Source: Omnitrophica bacterium GWA2_41_15
GTDB taxonomy: Bacteria; Omnitrophota; Gorgyraeia; Gorgyraeales; Gorgyraeaceae
Direction of reading: 5' to 3'
Assembly: GCA_919902485.1 (NCBI GenBank)
Contig: CAKKRB010000023.1
Coordinates: forward strand, 1-48,312
DNA: 48,312 bases
A program made the position numbers and the translations under genes. Positions 1 to 8,736 of this stretch are shown here, piece after piece. Under the pieces are notes generated by a model that saw nothing but the letters and a program-made list of their open reading frames with translations, was not told the DNA's origin and searched no databases. Position 1 is the stretch's first letter. Each line of letters starts with the position of its first letter.

Positions 1-658
1 ACGGGTCATATTCCATGGGCTCGTCTATGCCTTCACCTGCTTCATCTATTATGCCGTTTGCGTTATTATCTATCCCGTCAGAATCCAGGATCCTCTGGTT
101 CTGGTTGTCGTCTACGCCTGCCTCCCCAGGCTGGCTGTCTGGCCCGTATCTAAAGCTTACGATATCATCAAATGCATTGTCAGGATCTTTTAAACCGACA
201 CCAGTCAGGAATTTCTTAAGGTCAAGTTCGTACGGCGTCCATCCTTCTGTAACCTTTAAAGGAGAAAGGTTGTGTTTATACGCCGTATTTATATCCAGAA
301 AATTGTTTTCATCTCTCGCCAGAACAGCGTATCTTCCTATTGTTTCGCCTTCTTCATTATAGATATTTATCCATTTTGAATCAGGGGAAGCGTCTCCATC
401 ATTGTCAATATCTGCTCCTGTAAAAAGCGTGTGCCATTTCTCCTCAAAGCTGTCTATGTTCCTGTCATCTTCTTTTAAAACCTGCTGGGCATATGTAACT
501 CCTGATTGCGCGATATAAGATGCCCTGGTAGCTTCAAGATAATTAACCGCAGACTTTAACTCCAGTCTCATAGTAAACGCAAAAGACACTGCCATTATGC
601 CCGCAACTGCCAGGACGCTTATAACAAGTATTAATGCTATACCTTTTTCTTGCCTCAT
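1..658 (-). CDS. GspK-like minor pseudopilin (type II secretion / type IV pilus); C-terminus lies outside the window
   Basis: Minus-strand ORF absent from the supplied track because it runs off the window edge. ATG at 658..656, open to base 2. Translation MRQEKGIALILVISVLAVAGIMAVSFAFTMRLELKSAVNYLEATRASYIAQSGV..EDDRNIDSFEEKWH.. shows a pseudopilin-type N-terminal hydrophobic helix plus a GspK-like segment, then Asp-rich DxDxD repeats. Confidence 0.5.
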   Translation of the reverse strand, partial: MRQEKGIALILVISVLAVAGIMAVSFAFTMRLELKSAVNYLEATRASYIAQSGVTYAQQVLKEDDRNIDSFEEKWHTLFTGADIDNDGDASPDSKWINIYNEEGETIGRYAVLARDENNFLDINTAYKHNLSPLKVTEGWTPYELDLKKFLTGVGLKDPDNAFDDIVSFRYGPDSQPGEAGVDDNQNQRILDSDGIDNNANGIIDEAGEGIDEPMEYDP

Positions 659-702
659 ATCTTTTCATTATACAAAGTAGCTTCTGGGATTGCAAACAAA
701 AA

Positions 703-735
703 CCCCGTTCTTTTGGCAAAGCCAAAAGAACGGGG
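703..735 (-). terminator. rho-independent terminator after the TM-helix gene
   Basis: CCCCGTTCTTTTGGC-aaa-GCCAAAAGAACGGGG forms a perfect 15-bp stem. On the minus strand it is followed by TTTTTGTTT. Confidence 0.7.
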
Positions 736-764
736 CGCGCTCCTTATAACAAAACTACCGTCGT

Positions 765-1445
765 TTATTTTCTTTTTAGATTATCCAATAATTCCTGCAT
801 CAGCTTGCCTGCTATATCCTTTGAACCAAGGCCGACTGCAAGCGCAACCGCCAGACCTACTGCTCCAAGTAAAATCGTAATAGTTGTATTCAATATCGCA
901 GTAGCTATGTTCAGCTGTTCCAGAGTCATAATAGCTGCGAATATCACTATCACGGTCTGCGTCACCTGGCTTAGCAATTTCGCCTGTTTTATACCTGCAT
1001 TCATAGAAGCGGTCATAACTATTGAGCCTATAACGCTCGCGAAAAATATACCAAGGGTAATTATAAAAATAGCGGCGATGACACTCGGTATATAAAGTAT
1101 GACCTTATCCAATAAAGACGCTACAACTGTCATGCCCAAAGCATTCAGGGAAGCCATAAATACCAGAAGCATTATTATCCAATAGATAAGCCCGCCTATT
1201 AATTCCGAAAGAGTGTTTTTTATTCCGCCCTTTCTTAAGACATCGGCAAGCCCTGATTTTTCGCTGGCAGCGTCAAACTGTATCATCTTTAACAGTTTCA
1301 CAACTACGTTCTTTAAAACCGCTGCTATAATCCAGCCTACTACCAGTATAACAAGTATACCTATCAACGTAGGCATAAATGTGGCTGCCCTTACCAGCAT
1401 AGCTTTAACTGGCTCAATTACTATAGCGCTCCAGTCCATAGACAC
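765..1445 (-). CDS. polytopic membrane protein with conserved TM-helix repeats (mechanosensitive-channel-associated type)
   Basis: 226-aa ORF with several hydrophobic helices and repeated motifs of the 'conserved TM helix' type (..LIGILVILVVGWIIAAVLKNVV.., ..IPSVIAAIFIITLGIFFASVI..). AAGGGGGTG SD upstream of the ATG. Confidence 0.55.
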   Translation of the reverse strand: MSMDWSAIVIEPVKAMLVRAATFMPTLIGILVILVVGWIIAAVLKNVVVKLLKMIQFDAASEKSGLADVLRKGGIKNTLSELIGGLIYWIIMLLVFMASLNALGMTVVASLLDKVILYIPSVIAAIFIITLGIFFASVIGSIVMTASMNAGIKQAKLLSQVTQTVIVIFAAIMTLEQLNIATAILNTTITILLGAVGLAVALAVGLGSKDIAGKLMQELLDNLKRK

Positions 1446-1454
1446 CCCCTTTTC

Positions 1455-1486
1455 TACATTCGCCCCGATAAATCGGGGCTCAGTAT
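1455..1486. repeat. 32-nt repeat containing a GCCCCGAT-aa-ATCGGGGC hairpin, copy 1
   Basis: TACATTCGCCCCGATAAATCGGGGCTCAGTAT. The reverse complement recurs at 27768..27799 with one mismatch. Confidence 0.85.
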
Positions 1487-1542
1487 TCCGCCCGAGGAAC
1501 CCCAGGTTCTATCCCGGGTGGGCTTCATTTTCTAAGCAATAA

Positions 1543-1571
1543 AGTATATCCTATGATTTACCAATCGTCAA
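1543..1571 (-). promoter_or_regulatory. sigma70-type promoter candidate for the TM-helix gene
   Basis: Minus strand: TTGACG (1571..1566), 17-nt spacer, TATACT (1548..1543). This would give a ~90-nt GC-rich leader that includes the 1455..1486 repeat. Confidence 0.45.
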
Positions 1572-1582
1572 GGGCAGGCAGA

Positions 1583-2338
1583 TTACTTCCTGGCTTTTCC
1601 CTGATTTGCAACAGACGATACCGCTGCCTGGATTTTATCGGGATCTCCTAAATAATAGTGCTTTATAGGGGTTAAATCCTGGGTGAGTTCATAAATAAGC
1701 GGGATGCCTGTGGGTATATTTAATTTTACTATTTCTTCTTCTGATACATTATCCAGATACTTTACAAGGGCCCTTAAACTGTTTCCATGCGCGGCTATGA
1801 TAACCTTTTTGCCGGATTTCAATACAGGCGTGATTGTCTCTTTCCAGTACGGCATAACCCTTGCTACTGTCTCTTTTAGACTCTCTGTAAGAGGCAGGTC
1901 TCTTTCGCTAAGGCCTTTATACATTGGGTCATTCCCGGGATACCTCGGGTCCTTCTTTTCAAGCGCCATCGGCGGGATATCATAACTCCTCCTCCAGATG
2001 AGTACTTGCTCTTCCCCAAACTTCTGAGCCATCTCTGATTTATTCAAACCCTGAAGAGCTCCGTAATGCCGCTCATTCAACTGCCATGCATTATATATAG
2101 GTATCCACATGAGATCCATCTCATCCAGCGCAATCCATAATGTCCTTATGGCCCTTTTCAAAACAGATGTGAAAGCCACATCAAATACATATCCCTTTTT
2201 CTTTAAAATCTTTCCAGCCTCTTTAGCCTCTTCTTTTCCTTTATCAGACAAATCCACATCAGTCCATCCAGTGAATTTATTTTCCTTGTTCCAAACGCTT
2301 TCCCCATGCCGCAAAAGGACTAACTTTATATTACCCAT
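1583..2338 (-). CDS. gpmA: 2,3-bisphosphoglycerate-dependent phosphoglycerate mutase
   Basis: [26 protein letters not shown] (RHGE catalytic motif) and ..[10 protein letters not shown].. are present. The ATG at 2338 overlaps the upstream TGA (TGATG). The track ORF begins one codon earlier, at GTG 2341. Confidence 0.9.
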   Translation of the reverse strand: MGNIKLVLLRHGESVWNKENKFTGWTDVDLSDKGKEEAKEAGKILKKKGYVFDVAFTSVLKRAIRTLWIALDEMDLMWIPIYNAWQLNERHYGALQGLNKSEMAQKFGEEQVLIWRRSYDIPPMALEKKDPRYPGNDPMYKGLSERDLPLTESLKETVARVMPYWKETITPVLKSGKKVIIAAHGNSLRALVKYLDNVSEEEIVKLNIPTGIPLIYELTQDLTPIKHYYLGDPDKIQAAVSSVANQGKARK

Positions 2339-2523
2339 CACGCTTCTCCCTTTTTAATCTTTTCCCAGATTTCTATTTTTCTTTTTGGCAAGGTCTTATA
2401 TACAAAATTATTTACTTCTTCCAGCCATTCCAATTTCGCCTTCGCAGGCATATCCATAGTTTCTTTAATATAATTGATATCAGGCTTAAAAGCAAATCCC
2501 TTTTTGATTTTCTTCTTATGCAT
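2338..2523 (-). CDS. small hypothetical protein (61 aa), translationally coupled to the upstream nucleotidyltransferase-like gene
   Basis: ATG at 2523 overlaps the stop of the 2516..3031 ORF by 8 nt. Lys-rich N-terminus, ..[15 protein letters not shown].. I recognise no family. Confidence 0.35.
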   Translation of the reverse strand: MHKKKIKKGFAFKPDINYIKETMDMPAKAKLEWLEEVNNFVYKTLPKRKIEIWEKIKKGEA

Positions 2524-3031
2524 TATTCTTCCTGAGTCTTTCAACTTCTCTCAATGCCTCTATATCTGTGATATCCTGCGGCCTGCCAGCAATTGCCTTC
2601 ATCTTTTTTAAATATTTTATAGATATAATAGGTATCTTGACTCTTCCTGCTTTTATGTCTTCCTTTTCTTTATAAGCTTTTTCAAAATCTACAGGCTCAT
2701 AAATAAAGACATCTATGTGGTCCTGATGCCTTTTTAAATGGCAAAAAGAAAATACCAGCATGTTTTTTTCTTTTTTCCATTTTTCCCTGCTGGATTTATC
2801 TGCAAAATCTGATGCCTTAACAGGAATCTTTGGCCTGTATCCTAAATCAGTTAATACCTCTATAAATTTTAATAAATTCTTTTTTTCAAAATCTACAAAT
2901 AAATCAAGGTCAGCTGTCATCCTTACTACGCCATGTAAAACTACAGCCCAGCCGCCAACAACTAAATATCTGACCTTGGTTTTATTCAGCCCCCTGAACA
3001 CCTTTTCATAAAACATAGGTTTAATATACAC
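2516..3031 (-). CDS. putative minimal nucleotidyltransferase-fold protein (DUF6036-like)
   Basis: LVVGGWAVVLHGVVRMTADLDLFVD resembles the G-G-x..HG..R.T.D-x-D nucleotidyltransferase signature. 171 aa. Confidence 0.4.
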   Translation of the reverse strand: MYIKPMFYEKVFRGLNKTKVRYLVVGGWAVVLHGVVRMTADLDLFVDFEKKNLLKFIEVLTDLGYRPKIPVKASDFADKSSREKWKKEKNMLVFSFCHLKRHQDHIDVFIYEPVDFEKAYKEKEDIKAGRVKIPIISIKYLKKMKAIAGRPQDITDIEALREVERLRKNNA

Positions 3032-3151
3032 CAGGCTGGATTAAAAATCAAAGGAAATTAACTGTTCAGGCATTTGGCAGGCGAAACTATGCGGAAGAAT
3101 CAGAATTAATTCCATCCACTTGCGCTATATAAGGCAAACCATATGCGCGGG

Positions 3152-6100
3152 TTATAAATTTTCTCTTGCGCTATGGCTACTATGAAGTATGGCATTAGTT
3201 CCTGGTTCTCCAAGCCATACATTGCCAACTCTAAAGGTAAGCGCGCAATCTTGCCTCCTTATTCCCTTTAAAATTGTCTTATATATAGCTTTTCCATTTT
3301 GAAAATATTCCAATTCTAAAGGAATAGTTACCCATGCCGCATCATCAGGGGTATCGGGAGATGACATAGCATTGGTTCTCACATAGGCCCTTGGCGGTTC
3401 TACTCCAGGCGCAATGAGTATCTCAATAAATACTTCCTCTTTACCATCGCTCAAATCTACAGGAAGCGTCTCTCCAAGCGCAGGCTCTGCTCTTGAGATT
3501 TGAATACCATGAGCAGAAAGATTAATGTTTGCCTCTGTCATAGCGTCATTCTTGCCCATAAGCTTAATATCAAAGGTTTCATTTTCTCCTATTACTTCGC
3601 TCCACCATATAAGGTACGCAGCTATTGTATTACTAACAGTCAATTTGCGGCTTAAAGGTATGGAATTTACTTCATTTCGAGCATAAGCCTCACGATTATT
3701 GTTATAAAAATCTATGTCACGATTAAATGCCTCCCAGAAAGCCCCTTCTGTATTATCGCAAGGCACTATCAGGTTAACGCCTACACTTCCAAGAGAGATT
3801 TGTGTGCCGCCTTCTATCCATGGAGCTGCCAGCTGTTTACCCCCGCTTGCAGTCACGTCAGCTTCCTTAAATTCTTCTGCTCCTGTTCCTCTTCTTGAAA
3901 CCTGACCTTGTACATTCGTAGCTGCAAGAAGCACTCTTTGCTCTTCAGGAGTAAATTTATCAACTAATATAAATGTGCCTTTATAAGCAGAATTCTCTCC
4001 ATTCTTTTTCTTATCATCTTCTATCTCCTCTGCCAATCTCCTGAGTTCTCTATAAAGAGCTATGCTCTCTCTATAAGGCTGGGCATTAGCAAAAAATATA
4101 ACCTGAGCGCCTTTTTTTACTATTTTTCTTATATTCTCTTTTGTAAAAGCCTTAAGGTCTTCTGTCCCGCCTTCCTCAATCCTGCCTTCTCCAATTCCAA
4201 GCTTTTCAGGAACAAGCCGTCCGCTATAGGATATAATAATTTTTTCAGGGTCGAGCTCCAAATACCCTGAGATAATCAAAGGGCTGCTTTTTTTCTCTTT
4301 CAGCATACTGATTAATTTTTCCTTTGCCTTTTTATCTGCAGCTATCATCTGCTCTATTGTAGGATGCTCTACATCTGCATCAGGATATAATTCCAATAAT
4401 ATCTTACGGAATTCTTTTGCTGAAAGCTCGCGCAAGTCTCCATTCGCAAGGCCGCGTAAAGGCAGTGCGTCAATTTCGCTTACTTCAAATGCATGTATGC
4501 GCGAAACACCATTAGGCATATGAGATGTCCTTAACCCTACAGAGCTATCATCAACAACTATCTGACCATCAGGAAGTTTGCTCAGATAATACCAATGATA
4601 CTCATCTTTTATGCCTCTTTTGTCTCTTAAAAACTCGCGCGCTTCTTTAAGATTCTTAAAATATTTAATTGCCCTGTTATTATAAGTATGCGTAACACCT
4701 GATATTGGGATCCTTGCTAAGGCAGCGTATTTTTCAGAATCTTTCTGGTATAAATATCTCCTGTAAAACGCAGCAGGCAGGACCTGACTGTCATGCAGGC
4801 TCAGTAAAATATTTCCCCAGCCTTCTTTTCCACTGCTCTCATCCGCCATTTGAGCCATTCTATTTACTAGTTCAGTAACTGCTGCTGAAAAGAAATCTGT
4901 AAACTCGTCCTGTGTGACCCTGCTGTCTTCCTTGCCATATTTATAAAGTTTCCCTACATAATATCTTTCTTTATCCCTGATCAAATAATCTTCCATCTCA
5001 AATATTTCTGTCTCTCCTCTTTCGTTTGGAACCGCTATTTCTTTAATGCGCCTATAGACCTCAACGTGAATAACTCTTCCTCTAAACTCTACCTCTAAAT
5101 CATCTATTATCTTTTCTCCGGGATCCTCGTTAAAATCATTATAGTAGGGCTCGGCCCATACTAATCTTGCCTTATCTTTTATAAAGCGCTTTATAGCCAC
5201 GCTTTTAGATACCGTAACCCTGCCAAGGCCTCCTGCCATACGCGATATCTCCGGCGCAGCAATAACAATGGTTTTTCCTATTAAGTTGGGCGCGTATTTT
5301 TTAAGCCAGTCATCCGGTATCTTTGATGGAGGTAAAAGCGTAAGTCTAATACTGTCAAATATGGTATGGCTATAAAAATTTTCAGATGCGCCTTCACTGC
5401 CATATGTTTTTTCAATGCCAGAAATTCCTGCTATAAGTTTCTGCTGTGCGGCTTCATCCATCGTAGAGACAGCATCCCATATAGGATAAAATGCCTCTAC
5501 AGGATAGTAAGGCCAGAGTTCTTTTGCATACTTTTCATAACTCAAAAGCAGTGCATTGAGCTGGGATGAATCGCCAAGCTTAGATTCTATTTCTTTCCTT
5601 ATATAATCATAGTCATTACACCATAGAGCTGCTGTGCGGCGTTTCTTATCTCCTGAAATCTTATAGTAACCTTTTTCCCTTTCGATCAATCCTGATGCTG
5701 AGAGTTCACCTAGTAACCCTACAACATATTCCGCAGAAAGCTTTGCATCCTGTTTTAAAATTCCTAAAGCCTTCATCTTAGACTCAAGTTTTTCTCTTAT
5801 CCCTTCAGCTGTTACAGGCCCTTCTTCTATTAAAACCATATCCAGCGCTGTCTGGAGCTTTAACCATTTCGGCTCTGTCACAATCTGCCCGCTTCTCAAG
5901 AATAAAAGCGAGGCAGGATCCATCATACCCTTCAACAGCTTATCCTTTTCAATCACCTGGATATCTGACCTATATTGGCCTCCTCTTAGATTAACGCATA
6001 ATGTATACATCTTAACGCTATTTCCAGCCTCGTCCTTAAAGTCAACTTCCACAATGCCTTCATAGTCATCACCTATATGCTGATATCGCACTTCAACTTT

Positions 6101-8095
6101 CCCCTCATAATCTAATATTTCTTTTACTATCTCTCTTACTTTTTCTGAAAACTCAGCAAACCCGGGGAAAATCCGTTCTGCTTCTTTTTCTAAATCTACA
6201 TAACCCTGGAACCCATACATATAAAAAAGAGGATGCGTATATCCTTCAGCTGTCCCTGAATATTCCATAATAGAAACTCTTTGCCTGTCTTCTTCAGACA
6301 AGCTAATCCACGCCATATACACGCCAAGATAATATGCCCTTAATTTATCTATATTCCATTCCCCTCTCATATCCTTTCCTATGGCATTGATAATAGGACC
6401 ATACTGGGCCTCATCATGGTCATCAAAAATTACCCATGAGGATTGGGGTCTGGATAAATTTCTAAGCCTGGCTTTGAGCAACCCTTGCAATGTTTTAAAA
6501 GAAGTTTGGCCTTCCTGCCTACTGCCGTAATCTCTCAATTCATTATGTATGCCTCCTTGACCTTGTGACTTTGAAAGCACAAGATCTGCGTGAGGCACTT
6601 CTAAAAAGTGTTCCCATTCTCCAATCAGGCCAAGGCCAAGCTTTTTAGCATTTTCCCAGAGTCTATATCCGCCTTTGCTCAAACCTCCCATCTGATCGCA
6701 GCGCACCCATTGAACTCCTAATTTTCTAAGCCTCCTTAAGAACCATGTTGCCAATAATACTGTCTCATCTTTGGAATAATCAAGTTGATACCCCCATGGG
6801 CTGGGCTGATTAGAATAACACCTGTCCGGAAACGGCCTTCCTGATAAATCGCCTCCTGTATGCTCAAGCACAATATCCACTATTATCTCTACCCCATTCT
6901 TTCTCGCCGTATCCACAAGTAATCTAAAATCCTCATCATTCCCATAACGCGGGTCAAAATATAATCCGAAATAACTATAAGGAGAAAGTTCAGCCCCCAT
7001 TGCCTGCAGGCTGCCCATAAGCATTATGCTGTCGTATCCCTTATATCTGGCTATATTATTTGCAAGCCATTTAAATCTATTAGTCTCTGTTTTACATTCT
7101 GCGTCAAGATTTACCTGTTTTATTATTCTTGGCTTTTTAAAAGGAGGGTTTTCTGTGGACTCAAAAGATTTATTATTCTCATACTCGGTTTTAACCTTTT
7201 CTATAAGCGCTTTTACATCCTCATCCTGAACCCCGGAACGGTTATAAATCTCCTCCAGATATTCTATCAACTTTACAGGTAAGCCTACCATTGTTATATC
7301 TCCGCCAAACTCTGAACTATTCTCTGATGCCTGATTTATATACCCGATTAAGTGCCTTATTAAATCACAATTCCATGGAAGCTCTTCTTTGAACTCTTCT
7401 GCCAGTTTTGATTCTAAAGAAACAGCTGTTTGCTTTAATCTATGCATAACGCTGCCGTCTGTTTCTTTAAGTTCCTGCATAAAAATATTCACATATCTAA
7501 CCACAGCCTGATCCTGTTCTTCTTTGCCTGGCTTCAATCTTACGGCTTGTAGCGCAATTTGATATCCTTCGCCATGCCCATTGTGGTATCGAACAAAACC
7601 AGCATAGCTCATTAATGCCAAATATAACCTGTAATTAAATTTATCCCCGTCTGCCTTTTTCAGATTTTCAACCAGCCAGCCTGCAAACTTAACAGGATCC
7701 TGCAGAATCTGCTTATCAAGTGTCCCAGGCAAAGAACCTGTTTCTTGTTCTAATAAAAATTCTCTCCATTTTTCTACCTCTTCTCCTATTTTTCTATTGC
7801 CATGCTCATCAAAACCGGATAATTCAGCATCGCTGCTATCCAAAAAACCAAGAAGTTTCTTATTGGTTACAGGGATATGTTTTTCTCCGTAAGCAAAAAA
7901 AAGATTTGAGGTCAGACTGAATAAGCTGCTCCTTTGCTTATCGATCCCAATAGGGACTCTTAATTTATGTCTTATATTTAACTTATGTTTTAAATATATT
8001 GTATCTTGAGATGATAATAAAGAAGTAAAGACAAAGATTTGGATTAATACGCAGGATATTATCTTTTGGATTTTATGGTGTGTGGAGTTTATCAT
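3152..8095 (-). CDS. 1647-aa exported multidomain alpha-glucan enzyme: GH13-like catalytic module fused to a GT-B glucan phosphorylase/synthase-like module
   Basis: N-terminal hydrophobic signal/anchor (SCVLIQIFVFTSLLSS). GH13 regions I-IV are recognisable: GVEIIVDIVLEHTG, VQWVRCDQMGGL, LIGEWEH, VIFDDHDE, so the Asp/Glu/Asp triad is retained. Downstream there are GT35/GT5-like strings: APEISRMAGGLGRV, GVTHTYNN, PNGVSRIHAFEVS, YSGRLVPEKLG, EADVTASGGKQLA. A C-terminal ~150 aa may be a beta-sandwich. Confidence 0.55.
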   Translation of the reverse strand: MINSTHHKIQKIISCVLIQIFVFTSLLSSQDTIYLKHKLNIRHKLRVPIGIDKQRSSLFSLTSNLFFAYGEKHIPVTNKKLLGFLDSSDAELSGFDEHGNRKIGEEVEKWREFLLEQETGSLPGTLDKQILQDPVKFAGWLVENLKKADGDKFNYRLYLALMSYAGFVRYHNGHGEGYQIALQAVRLKPGKEEQDQAVVRYVNIFMQELKETDGSVMHRLKQTAVSLESKLAEEFKEELPWNCDLIRHLIGYINQASENSSEFGGDITMVGLPVKLIEYLEEIYNRSGVQDEDVKALIEKVKTEYENNKSFESTENPPFKKPRIIKQVNLDAECKTETNRFKWLANNIARYKGYDSIMLMGSLQAMGAELSPYSYFGLYFDPRYGNDEDFRLLVDTARKNGVEIIVDIVLEHTGGDLSGRPFPDRCYSNQPSPWGYQLDYSKDETVLLATWFLRRLRKLGVQWVRCDQMGGLSKGGYRLWENAKKLGLGLIGEWEHFLEVPHADLVLSKSQGQGGIHNELRDYGSRQEGQTSFKTLQGLLKARLRNLSRPQSSWVIFDDHDEAQYGPIINAIGKDMRGEWNIDKLRAYYLGVYMAWISLSEEDRQRVSIMEYSGTAEGYTHPLFYMYGFQGYVDLEKEAERIFPGFAEFSEKVREIVKEILDYEGKVEVRYQHIGDDYEGIVEVDFKDEAGNSVKMYTLCVNLRGGQYRSDIQVIEKDKLLKGMMDPASLLFLRSGQIVTEPKWLKLQTALDMVLIEEGPVTAEGIREKLESKMKALGILKQDAKLSAEYVVGLLGELSASGLIEREKGYYKISGDKKRRTAALWCNDYDYIRKEIESKLGDSSQLNALLLSYEKYAKELWPYYPVEAFYPIWDAVSTMDEAAQQKLIAGISGIEKTYGSEGASENFYSHTIFDSIRLTLLPPSKIPDDWLKKYAPNLIGKTIVIAAPEISRMAGGLGRVTVSKSVAIKRFIKDKARLVWAEPYYNDFNEDPGEKIIDDLEVEFRGRVIHVEVYRRIKEIAVPNERGETEIFEMEDYLIRDKERYYVGKLYKYGKEDSRVTQDEFTDFFSAAVTELVNRMAQMADESSGKEGWGNILLSLHDSQVLPAAFYRRYLYQKDSEKYAALARIPISGVTHTYNNRAIKYFKNLKEAREFLRDKRGIKDEYHWYYLSKLPDGQIVVDDSSVGLRTSHMPNGVSRIHAFEVSEIDALPLRGLANGDLRELSAKEFRKILLELYPDADVEHPTIEQMIAADKKAKEKLISMLKEKKSSPLIISGYLELDPEKIIISYSGRLVPEKLGIGEGRIEEGGTEDLKAFTKENIRKIVKKGAQVIFFANAQPYRESIALYRELRRLAEEIEDDKKKNGENSAYKGTFILVDKFTPEEQRVLLAATNVQGQVSRRGTGAEEFKEADVTASGGKQLAAPWIEGGTQISLGSVGVNLIVPCDNTEGAFWEAFNRDIDFYNNNREAYARNEVNSIPLSRKLTVSNTIAAYLIWWSEVIGENETFDIKLMGKNDAMTEANINLSAHGIQISRAEPALGETLPVDLSDGKEEVFIEILIAPGVEPPRAYVRTNAMSSPDTPDDAAWVTIPLELEYFQNGKAIYKTILKGIRRQDCALTFRVGNVWLGEPGTNAILHSSHSARENL

Positions 8096-8136
8096 ATATT
8101 ACAACTTATTGACAATCTTTTATAAAGAATAATATT

Positions 8137-8165
8137 AGTTTAACACATATTTCTAACTATGTCAA
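8137..8165 (-). promoter_or_regulatory. sigma70-type promoter candidate for the 1647-aa gene
   Basis: Minus strand: TTGACA (8165..8160), 17-nt spacer, TAAACT (8142..8137). It lies ~40 nt upstream of the ATG at 8095. Confidence 0.5.
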
Positions 8166-8184
8166 TCTCTAAAAATCAATAAAA

Positions 8185-8736
8185 TTACTTAGACAGGGTT
8201 ATTGATGTCTGAGCCTGGTATTTGCCTTTACGGTCAGCATAGGTGGTTTCGCATTGTTCGCTTGACTCAAAAAATACAACCTGGCCTATACCTTCATTGG
8301 CGTATATTTTTGCGCTGGAAGGTGAAGTATTGCTTATAGCTATTGTAAGATAACCTTCCCATGAAGGCTCAAGCGGAGTAACATTTACTATTACCCCAAT
8401 CCTGGCATATGTACTTTTGCCTGTGCAAAGCGCAAGAACATTTGAAGGCATCTTAAAATACTCAAATGACCTTGCAAGTATAAACGAATTAGGCGGTATG
8501 ATGCAAAAATCGCTTTTCAAGTCTTGAAATAAACCTGGTTTTACATTTTTGGGGTCTATTGTATCTTTACTGCCAGCATACTTGAATATCTTAAACTCAT
8601 CAGCTAATCTTATATCATAGCCATAACTTGATAAGCCATAGGATATATTGCCTTTTTTTATCTGATCTGGCTCAAATGGCTTGATCATTTCATATTCAAG
8701 AGCCATCTTTTTAATCCAGGTGTCTGGTTTTAGCAT
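8185..8736 (-). CDS. dcd: dCTP deaminase
   Basis: [44 protein letters not shown] matches the typical Dcd N-terminus. The chosen ATG at 8736 lies 3 nt after the nrdJ stop. The track ORF extends 8 codons further, into nrdJ. Confidence 0.85.
   Translation of the reverse strand: MLKPDTWIKKMALEYEMIKPFEPDQIKKGNISYGLSSYGYDIRLADEFKIFKYAGSKDTIDPKNVKPGLFQDLKSDFCIIPPNSFILARSFEYFKMPSNVLALCTGKSTYARIGVIVNVTPLEPSWEGYLTIAISNTSPSSAKIYANEGIGQVVFFESSEQCETTYADRKGKYQAQTSITLSK

Noticed and set aside
15-362. The 115-aa plus-strand ORF at the window start.
   Set aside because: It is antisense to the GspK-like minus-strand ORF, which has a clear pseudopilin N-terminus. Its own translation is featureless and Ser/Pro-rich.
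8109-8137. A plus-strand TTGACA, 15 nt, TAATAT promoter-like sequence.
   Set aside because: The spacer is short, and there is no plus-strand gene downstream; it would only transcribe antisense to dcd. The minus-strand promoter in the same spacer fits the 1647-aa gene.
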